A program made the translations under genes and the position numbers. From Tubiluchus corallicola (taxonomy: Eukaryota; Animalia; Priapulida): a DNA stretch of 64,000 nucleotides. Position 1 is the first letter of the stretch; every line of letters starts with the position of its first letter. Shown here piece after piece: positions 42,501-51,600 of the stretch. The notes under the pieces are model-generated. The model was not told where the DNA came from and made no database searches. It saw only the letters and a program-made list of their open reading frames with translations. Location: NCBI GenBank assembly GCA_030141605.1, contig JAQGDQ010000053.1, forward strand, positions 558,001 to 622,000, read 5' to 3'.

Positions 42501-42815
42501 AAACACAGATAATAAATTTGATTGCATACAGAGTTAGTTAAAATTTACCTCCTATAATTTAAGTTCTACAGAATTGGCTATTTATTAGTGCCTTACACAA
42601 GAAGAGATGTAGCGCTAGGCATTGTTTTATCAATAAATATATATAACAAAATGTTCCTTATCATGTGGCTTGCAAATCAAGTGCTTCAAGTTCAAATATT
42701 GTTAATTGAACTTATATGCTATGCAATAATGAACACAAACATTGGATAAAAAATTAATAATGTTGCTTCATACCTGTAAAGGAAAATAAACGGTGGAATT
42801 TGTGGGAGCTGCCAT
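30056..42815 (-). CDS. UVRAG: UV radiation resistance-associated gene protein (PI3KC3-C2 subunit), 16 coding exons, ~626 aa
   Basis: Phase-consistent GT-AG exons from 42774-42815 to 30056-30587. C2 domain (KRIRHIKMVSARNL, IYFTLH, FYVSEKV, NPSWRSFDF, VKVWGG), coiled coil, BARA2 ([57 protein letters not shown]). Confidence 0.95.
30685..30998. repeat. Partial second copy of the 21057-21728 repeat
   Basis: gtttagataaca...tgtatcttgtcaataag...gtgcaccct...ggtgagt colinear with 21245-21540. Confidence 0.65.
31170..31261 (-). CDS. UVRAG: UVRAG exon
   Basis: [30 protein letters not shown]. Confidence 0.92.
31731..31809 (-). CDS. UVRAG: UVRAG exon
   Basis: [26 protein letters not shown]. Confidence 0.95.
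32308..32473 (-). CDS. UVRAG: UVRAG exon
   Basis: [54 protein letters not shown]. Confidence 0.95.
32816..32879 (-). CDS. UVRAG: UVRAG exon
   Basis: [21 protein letters not shown]. Confidence 0.93.
32930..33290 (+). mobile_element. L2-like LINE 3' end remnant
   Basis: DHIMPVLCHLHWLPIKYRIIF ... WNALPDKIRTCKNYEKFRHLLKMHL, typical L2 ORF2 C-terminus. Confidence 0.75.
33843..33930 (-). CDS. UVRAG: UVRAG exon
   Basis: ELYIKTTAQLMMRRRHLIYELAEIYPIIQ. Confidence 0.92.
34763..34847 (-). CDS. UVRAG: UVRAG exon
   Basis: SFSTERFESLINNESTLGEARKSFIDV; phases fit. Confidence 0.85.
35606..35732 (-). CDS. UVRAG: UVRAG exon
   Basis: ASEREKLCMRVHLLSCEASRNGKLLQQEREHLARIQQDLKDR. Confidence 0.87.
36131..36236 (-). 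CDS. UVRAG: UVRAG exon
   Basis: IQTVERAIKQMNSSSTKVVGDIKVHLASCAEREER. Confidence 0.88.
36635..36726 (-). CDS. UVRAG: UVRAG exon
   Basis: SSTKEKDTELNSLVTDPASESSSYTLPTLM(R). Confidence 0.85.
37461..37547 (-). CDS. UVRAG: UVRAG exon
   Basis: LHKDGSTYKENTVIIGMVHGFYSSSDHAL. Confidence 0.87.
37740..38535. mobile_element. pogo/Tigger-type non-autonomous element with 25-bp TIRs and TA target site
   Basis: TA|caataggcaccgcttaatagactca ... tgagtctattaagtagtgcctactg|TA. Confidence 0.8.
38643..38740 (-). CDS. UVRAG: UVRAG exon
   Basis: VTVKVWGGVDANFSIVTEWTVTLSALTYVGSK. Confidence 0.9.
39517..39580 (-). CDS. UVRAG: UVRAG exon
   Basis: NPSWRSFDFSNFVATVDAAST. Confidence 0.9.
40575..40609 (-). CDS. UVRAG: UVRAG small exon (35 nt)
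   Basis: FYVSEKVQETR; ttcAG acceptor, GTACGT donor, phases fit. Confidence 0.87.
40686..42187 (+). mobile_element. Decayed Tc1/mariner-superfamily transposon with TIRs
   Basis: TIRs caggatgaggcaataaaaccacc / ggtggttatattgccacatgctg; transposase relics QSPRHS...LGLSDLTLRRI..DLKF, PLHSERVT, GPYFF, YVQMLKNFLEP, GWRACSPDLS (cf. WPxxSPDL). Confidence 0.85.
42366..42489 (-). CDS. UVRAG: UVRAG exon
   Basis: KRIRHIKMVSARNLSL...IYFTLHAHANAP. Confidence 0.92.
42774..42815 (-). CDS. UVRAG: UVRAG first coding exon (UTR part extends to ~42857)
   Basis: MAAPTNSTVYFPLQ then CAG|GTATG; in-frame TGA just upstream of the ATG. Confidence 0.75.
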
Positions 42816-42959
42816 TATTCACATTACCGACTTATGTTCAAATTCTATGGTGTGTGCCTAGAAACAATTATGAAGTTAAAATGGCTGGTATGGTTTCCCT
42901 GCTTTTCTTCTGCAATTTATGCTCAAATCAAATGAAATTAAATGAAATTTTAATGCTAT

Positions 42960-43550
42960 ACGAGTTATCATGGGTTTGAAATGTTTTAGTTCTGAGTTTC
43001 TTTATATACACGGACTAATGATGACATTGAGTACAATGTCACATTCCAATTTCTAGTTTTAAGTTTACTGTATCTTGCTACTGTGCCCACAGGTTCTAAA
43101 CTATGCACTTTGTGTATTGAGTAGATTGAGTAAAATATTAAATTATAGCTCCTCGAGTTTTGATATATTGCCAATGGGTTATAAATTTGAGTCTCCTTCT
43201 GCACATGGAGTATTGCGTACACTTGAGTACAATGTCATATAATAGTCCTTAGTACCTCACTAACCAGCTCATGGATTATAATTCTGAATTTCCGCACTTC
43301 CATACCGAGTACATACAGTGTGTAGAATGTTACACTAGCTTCCAGTTTTTGTTTCATCCATGGGTTAGAACATATTCCATTCACATTGAATATAGAGTAC
43401 AACGTAAAAATTAAAGCCGTCTGATTTTTGGTAATGCACCCATGAGTTAAAATTTGAGTTCTTTTATGCACTTTGTGTAATTTGAGCACCCTAATATAAT
43501 TTTAAATTCTAGTTACTGTTTCTTGTTAATACGCCCACGAGTTTTATATT
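42960..43550. repeat. Diverged tandem repeat, ~90-100 bp period
   Basis: Recurrent (c)catgggtt / ccatgagtt and gagtacaa(t/c)gt motifs. Confidence 0.55.
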
Positions 43551-44039
43551 CTAGCATCAAATTGCCAAGAAAATGTTAAAAAAAACTAAAAATCTAATTT
43601 TATAACCACATACCCACATTTCTGGCTAGAAACTAGTACCACAATTGGGAAAAACTTGCACATTTAAACTCCAAGTGTTTTGTGGAAACGCAATAAAAAA
43701 CAATGGGTGACTTTAACAGCAATTTTCTCAAGGTTATGCTTTTTAGTGTACAGAGTACACCTCAACTTAAAAGTGGATTATCTCAGCTTAGAAATAACAT
43801 ACAGCGATGAGCTTGGTATCAAAATGATCCTCATGAAATGGCGATTCAGGATATGTGAATAGCCAGAAAATCTTAATCGCCAATGTATGGACGATTTTGC
43901 TATGCAAGTACACATAGCATGCCCTCCAAAACCATATGCTAAAGTTTCTTCATTAAGGATTCATGAGAAACCTGGTCAAAAGCCTTAAAAAAGTCAAAGT
44001 AAATTGCATCCACTTGGTCACCTGAATCCAAAATTTCCG

Positions 44040-44320
44040 AACATTCCTCAACGTTCTAAACGGGGTTTACTACCCGAAATTTTTGATGATCATTTCACGC
44101 CACTTGCAGAAGTACATTCTCACTATACCAGGGCTGCTAGTGGTGACTGTTTTTTTTGTAGAGAGATTCCAAACCAGGTGCGGATGTAATAGTGTTAAAG
44201 CAAAGGGAGTTGAATTATGGAACTCTCTACCAAGAAACATCACTACAGGCCCCATAAATACCATCACTAAAAATTACAAAAAATCGTTACTAGATAGATA
44301 TGTATCAACATTAGAGTAAA
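44040..44320 (+). mobile_element. LINE 3' end remnant
   Basis: EVHSHYTR ... SVKAKGVELWNSLPRNI...KKSLLDRY. Confidence 0.7.
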
Positions 44321-45424
44321 TGCATTTTTTACATTACTACTCATTAATATTATTCAGTTAAAAAATTGTGAATCTAATATTTTGTGCAAATACGTTTAAT
44401 ATGGGAAATCTGCATAAACCACGACATTGTGATTCATTTCATCGTCATTTTATTTTACCACTGTTTTGTTCATAAAATTACCTTTAAAAAAATCTGCTAA
44501 TGCATAAATTAACTGCTCTGCTTTACTTTTACATTTCTTTTTTCAGTTATTTAATCAAATACACATTATTTTTGTTGCCGAGAATTTTGTAAACAACTGT
44601 ACATTATTATTTTATTTATTTCGTAACTATTTGTTGTGATACTTATTCATCATCTGCATTTATTATTATTCTTTTTTTCACTTATGCCATCATTGTTGTG
44701 AATCATCATTGTTATGATTCACATTTCGGCCTTTTTCACATTATCAATAATGGCTGAAATGTTTATTATTGTTATGTTTGTTCTATATTTTTTCTTATTT
44801 GTTATTGCTTTATTTTGACCATTTTATGCAAGTAATTGGCAATAATGGCATCAAGTGTCATCAATTTTTTTCTGTTATTACAATATTAAATTATAAGGGG
44901 TGAATGACTAAATGACCTATGGTCTTTCCTCACCCCATCTCCATGGATAAAGTCACGTTTTTTTGTAAAATGGAAATTTGTGACACATTATTGGAGAAAA
45001 TAAATGTCCATGTCTTAGTGTCGTCTGTCAAATTTATTGGCAGTAAACAAGCAAAAATATTTAACAATTCAGTAAAAGAAACACAAAATATACGACAAGG
45101 CATGTCAAGCAACTCAACAGAGCAATAAAACAACAAAACAAAAAAAGCAAATTAAACAAACTCAGTCTGATACACTATGCAGGTATGCTTTAAAGATTTG
45201 ATTTAGCAGTAAACTAAAAGAAGCTAAATCCAGCATGTACGTTTTGTATAAGTTAATCAACAGGGTGTCTTATACCGGATTCCTGTTATTGCTACAAATT
45301 TGAGATTCTGTGCCTATCGATATTTGTGTAATGAATCCAAATCCTTTTATAAAGTAAGGCAATCATTACACTAATATTTGAAAGGAATTGTTTACTATAA
45401 CGGCGAAATCCTTTACCGTCTTAC

Positions 45425-45600
45425 TTAGGCGATTCCCGAAGTACTAAGTAGGAGTTCCAGATGTCCTTTTTAAACGAAGCAAATCCAATACTGCTTTTGA
45501 TTCTCACCGCCATTGTTTTGTCCAATTTAAGCATACTGAAACGAAATCTCGTAAATGGAAGCATCCATGTTTGACCACGTGACCACTCACACTAACTTCA
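45425..45600 (-). promoter_or_regulatory. Putative UVRAG promoter / non-coding first exon with E-box (GTCACGTGG) and YY1-like ATGGCGG
   Basis: ccacgtgac at 45575-45583, ccgccattgtt at ~45507-45517, donor-like AA|GTAAGA at 45425/45424; local CpG enrichment. Confidence 0.5.
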
Positions 45601-45639
45601 AGATTTATGAAAATAACGCACCGCTTACACATAGGTATA

Positions 45640-46030
45640 CTGACATGCATAGACATAAAAGGACAAGATTAAGCAAATAAAAAATGGAGAAATTAAAAAA
45701 TCAACAAGGAAAAAAGAAACGAAAAAACTATAAATCAAAGTATATTACAGGAGCGTAAAGATAATGTGCAGTAATGACAAAATTAAGGTTTCTTGATGGT
45801 GGGAAATAATAGAAACAACGATATATCAGTGAGTTTGTCTGGCAGATATAGTAAATATAATGGGAATTAAATTAAATATGAACGAATTGAAATGCAATTA
45901 CAAAGGAAATAAATTGGAACATTTACTATGCCCTAAGTGCAGGATTCAGGAAGATACAACTGAACATGCATTAAGTTGTGAGAAGTCGGAAAGAATAATA
46001 AATAAGTATAATGTGTAACAATACCATAGA
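45640..46030 (+). mobile_element. LINE ORF2 C-terminal zinc-knuckle remnant
   Basis: KCNYKGNKLEHLLCPKCRIQEDTTEHALSC. Confidence 0.6.
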
Positions 46031-46709
46031 TATGGTTTGTGTAGATCATAGATCTTGGTGATTGCTTAGGAGAGTTCTGCATTCTAGACTGTCATGCTGC
46101 TCTGATCTTCTTTGTTTAAGTTCCTGATTAGTTTCATAAATACTGCTTTATTACGCACGCATTTGTCTAGTTGCTAATATTATTGTAGCGTGTAACATAA
46201 TGTAAGGATAGAGACTATAAAAACAACAGAAATAGAAACCCTTGCATGACTATTATGGAATCAAGAGAAGACATCGAGCTGTTTTAACGAAATGTAATGA
46301 AGGGGAATGGTGGCACTTGTATGCAGAACCAAGAATGCTTATAATAACGACGTCAGAAGAAAATAATCTGCTCTTGCACACTCAATAGGTTGTGCACACC
46401 TTGGAAAAGGTGGTGGAGCCAGTGAACTGCTGAACAGCTGCTGACATAGACATGTTTTTTTTGTTTATGTCTTCGTTTACATCTGAATACAATATTAATA
46501 GACTATAATTGCTATATTTAATAATTAATCTGGATGAGTTATGTATAAAGGAAAGTGATAGGGGGTGCAGGAGAAAGTTTGGAAAAACCAATTGCTTGTC
46601 ACTCGTCAAGTCAACTACCCTCTCAGGTTAGTGTAAATTGTAATAAACTGTAACTGGCGCTGACTCAGGACCCTTTTTGTTGCTGTTGAACGAGCCTGCG
46701 AGGTCACAC

Positions 46710-47520
46710 GTCACTGATTTTTTCCCTGTTTTGGTTTGCACTGCAGATTTGCTGCTATTCTTCTACATCTTCCAAACATTCTACTCCCATATCGTTTCGA
46801 CATTCCATTGCTGCTTTCATGTACTGGCTTACTTTTAGATGCATCCCAGCTTGTTACATTCCATTTTCTTATTTTAGTTAATCTGATGCACTCAAACAAA
46901 TGCTCTGTTGTGTCTTGTTCTACACTATAATGGGCATTCTAGGTTATTAACATACTTATTCTTATAGTTTGCTTTTACTTCTATTATAATTAATCACACT
47001 TTCAGTATAGCATTAACGTCCCGTAAGTTGGAAATACATGTTCCTGTTTCAAGGCTAATTAATGGTAAGAACCTTAATAATTTTGTTTTATTTGTTATCA
47101 CTTGCCGGGATTGCTCATTTGTTTATTTGTATAGCTTTCTTTATTTGTTTTTTTCCATGTTAACCATTTTAACATTATTACTTAACCAGTTCAAAATTAT
47201 CCATTTTAACTTCACTTTCTTCCCCTATTTTCGCCAATTCTTCATGCCAACTTTTCGCATGGATACTCTCTATATTTCGCTAGATAGCAAATTAAAGTAC
47301 CACATTAGTTTTTTGCACTGTATTCGTTTTTCCATTGGACATGTTTGTGTTTTTGTTAATAAACCCAGTATGGTGTATTTTAGCTTTGACCTATTATTCT
47401 GTTTAGCGCGTATGCTTGTATATTTCTCCAATTTTTGTATTTCCATACTTAGTCCATGTTACTAATTATGCTCGGTACTATAACAGTTTCGTACACAGGT
47501 GTATACCATGCAGCTTTTGT
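46710..47520 (-). mobile_element. LINE ORF2 3' remnant, same type as 45640-46030, opposite orientation
   Basis: Minus strand ECP...VEQDTTEHLFEC; A-rich broken coding-like sequence. Confidence 0.55.
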
Positions 47521-48580
47521 GAGCCTAACCCTTTGTGTTTTAAAAACTGATGCCTAAGAAAACTCCAAAGATAATAAAAAAATCAACATTATGCGTTCTC
47601 TTAGACTCACGCTGCATGTTCACAGATAACTTGAGATAAAGATAGTTCTGATACTGTATTATAATGAATAGTCAAAGCAATTAAGTGTGCGTTGAAGCTT
47701 GCAACATGCCTGTTTAACTTAGGATGACTGTAGAAACATTGGTAGAATTAAAAGCTGTAAAAACTTGGTATCTGTAATTTCATGTAAAAAAAGATTAATT
47801 TAATAACTAATAGAAGACCAAAAGTAAAAAGGTACCAGGATCAAAAACAAACAGCGCCACTTCTTTTCTTACCAAGAAACTACAGATATCAAGTTCATAG
47901 CTCTCACTATTTGACTGCAACCAATGCGCTATTACAGTTTTAAGAAAAAATTGAAAACAGTAATTGACATTCACTTCACAATACGTATTACTTCTGCGAG
48001 CATTTTTACACATGGTAATGTGATCAATATGCAAAGCTTGGCAACACATTTATCGAGTACTAAAGGTAATAATTGATATCCACATAATTCCACAAAGGTC
48101 TACACAACAAGAAGTTTTACAAAACTGGAATGCCTGATATTAGTTATAAATAATGAATAATCTCTTCTAACATACATACTTGATTAATACAATTGAAAAC
48201 AACTAAAAAAATAAAAACAATTGTTAAAGTAATAATCATTCTGAAAGAGCACCAATGTTTTAAAATAGTATTCTTCTGCAAAGTTTGGAAATCTTGACGT
48301 GGCATTCTAATACGCCAGTTGCTGTTATAGTGGTATCAATTACAAGATTGACATTAAGCATTTTCACAGTAAAATGTCAATAATCAACATGCAAAAATAA
48401 TCACAGATGGCACCACATAACACACACTTAGTTATCTTCTAAGACTTCTACTAACAGAAAATACAAAAATCAAAAAAAGACCTCTTTTTAAAATTTCTGA
48501 TGTAAATAGTAATCTCTGAATAACTGCCAGATTTACAAGCTAAATTAAATCACACCATGTAAACCAGAGTAGGACGCAGT

Positions 48581-48671
48581 TCACCCATTACTAACATTAA
48601 AGCAGCTTATACGTCGTGGTGTACTACGGGTGCTGGAAGAATTACCTTGTCGGTGTTCCAGCAAATGGTAC
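48581..48671 (-). CDS. Synaptotagmin last exon (needs GC donor)
   Basis: (W)[29 protein letters not shown]-stop. Confidence 0.7.
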
Positions 48672-51600
48672 CTAAACGGAAAAAAAATCTATAATAAAAA
48701 AATTAAACGTCTATATTTTGAAAAATGCACCATTTTCTAGCTGGTATTTTCCCTAGTTTTTTGACATCATGACTTACAAACGTACCAATTTAACAAATGG
48801 TTACATTCAGTTTCATCCTCTCATATTGCACACCATCTTGTCAAGCACAAAAAACAAGTTCAGAATTTGTAAACGGCATATCTGAGCCAGCTGTGGCTAC
48901 CCATTCTTGCTTAACAAAACAAAAACTTGACTATAGCAAACACTTGATCAAATTTGATTTTCAATTTTAATGATTTAATATGAACAAACTTGCCAGTGAG
49001 CTACTGGTTTACGCGGCGCCTCCAGCATTTCTAACCAATGATCACGACCTTGTCCCATCGCCTGCAAGCCAGCACTACAGCTACCCATGCTTTCGTTACT
49101 GCTAACCCTAGTAAAACAGTAAAGAAACATACTAGATAAGTATGGTAATTAACTTAAAAGTTAGAGTTAACTTAATTGCAATATTAATAGTTTTACTTTT
49201 CTTATTAAGAATGAAGATCATTAGTGTCCTCTATACTAAAATTTGATACAATGATGATTTCAACTTGCACAAAAGTTGCATCAACAATAACATATATGAG
49301 AAGTGCTAATTTACCTATCATAATCCATGACTTGCACAACGACGCAACATTCATCAATGTTTTCTGCTGGTATATCAAAAACCAAAGCTTCATTATATAC
49401 GGGATTCAACGTTGATCGTCGCACAGTTGTTTTCTTTTTCTTGATCCTTCGGCCTTGGCACATTAGTGCCACTTTTACATAAGGATCTGAAAAATTAAAA
49501 CAAAGTTGGTGATTACAATAAAAAAAACAGCAAAAACAGTGTTCAATTTACATTCATTACCAGATGAAAGTGATCTGTATACAGTCAGCCATTTCTCTCA
49601 AAAGAAAAACTTATAAACTGCAGTTATTTTCATTGTCAAACTTTCAGATTTGACTTTCAGTGTGGCTTTCAGATTAACTTCTTAAAAACCAAGATATTTT
49701 TTCTGTAAATCAATCAGAGACCCTTGCTTTTATCATTTAGCTATGAGTTACAATTGCGCATGTACCACTTTTCAGAAATAATAGCCTGTACTTTACTCTG
49801 TCTGTCAATTAAAACTGTCAGAAACAGCAATTACATTGAAACTTGTTAATTGATAAACAATATTTTACCAGAGGAGCCAGTAATATCCATTGCTTTTAAA
49901 TTTCTTGCTTTTATGATAGTAACAGTTAGTCGGCCAGCTGTAGGCAAGTAACAGAGGGAAAACAGCAGCTCTCCCAAATCAACTTTCTCCTATACAGCAA
50001 ACAAAAAAGTACATCTATATAGCTAAACTGAAGAAAACTGGTAAGAAGTCTGATTATTTAGCCAGAAACTGTCAGAAATTTTGCAATTTTGTCCAATATT
50101 CTGAAGTGAGATTTTCGCATAAGTGCTAAATCCAGCAATATCTTTCTTTCTATTTTGTAATGGAACATTCCATTCTATTGGAATACATGTACTGCCATCA
50201 GAAATGTCTTTGGAATACCTTCTGTATTGCATACCAAACGTGTCATTTTGATGCGCGGTTAAAATTTGCAGTTCACTCAGTTTTAAAACATAGATCAAGT
50301 ATTTGTATTGATCCATTGAGTTAATGAATATAATTCAGTAGTAACTAGAAGTGCAAAGTCATTTAGCATAGTGGTATCAATACAAGATAAATGGTAGATG
50401 ATTGCAAACTGGTTGTTCAAGACGAGTCATTTGATTTGGTCTATTTTCTGATTTAACCCATGCAAATCTACCAATGCATTTTTTTGAAAAAGTGCTCATT
50501 ATTGCAGAAAAACAAAATGCAATACTTAAATAACCTATTATAAAGTCAGTTCTGAGTTGCTTTATGTTGCACCCCCCATTTTTTTTAGAAAATGTCAAAA
50601 ATTTGAAGGGTGTCAGCGGCTCGTAATAAGACCGGTAAGCAAATTTATTTCCGTCTTTTTGACACGCAATAGCAGGCCAGCGCTCCATAAATGCAAACAG
50701 TATGAGCATGAGTATGAGTTTACCTGAAAGTCAGGATGTAGTTAATTTGTTTGCATGTAATCTATTCAGGAGGCAGGCAGGAACAGTTAACAAAGCAGCT
50801 CGTTGAGTAGCATTAGCGTCTTTGCACAAAAGACTGTTAGTTAACAAAACGGCTCAGTTAGCACTCGAGCTTCGTTCAGCAGTGTGTTATAATAGAGAAT
50901 AAGTGAAATAATAGAGCAAAAACAATGCAAACATTGAAGTCATGTTGAGCTAGCCTAGTACCAGAGAGTCAGTTTGTCGAGCTAGCCTAGTACCTGAGAG
51001 TCGGTTTGGGAGATACAAATTCATGAGCCACGGCTCAGCCACCTCCTGATTGGACATTATCGACTCTTTGCTACTCCTTAGCGACTCTTTCCCACGAGTT
51101 TGCTGCATAAAAGGGCGTGATTTTGAGCACATTTCATCATTTTTCTCCTGCTAGGAAAATCTTTGCTAGTTTTCGCTGCGATTTTAGCTATATTTCTTAA
51201 ACAATGTCAAGGCAGTCCAATCTGACTTCATTTTTCAAGTCCAACCGTGTTCCCGCAATTTGTCAAGAATGCTCTCCGCAGTAAAATGAGTCAGGCACGA
51301 CTGAGTGACCCGATGATCCTTGCAGTTGAGGCTGAGAAAACAAAGAATATGGACTTGAAGTCTGTGGTTGAGCTCTTCTGGAGTGATGTTCTGCGTCGGA
51401 TTCCTGACAGCTAATAAATACTTAATTAAATTTTAATTAAGTTTCCATTGCTATAGCTTTAAGTTAAATGCCAGTTGGGAATAAATAAATCGTTTTTCTT
51501 GCACGCAAAATACTGTTTATTTTTTTTCAAAATTATACGTTTTTTAAACAGTTAAGTTCCGCCATTATATACAGTCGCCCCCCCCCCAATTTTTTTTGGT

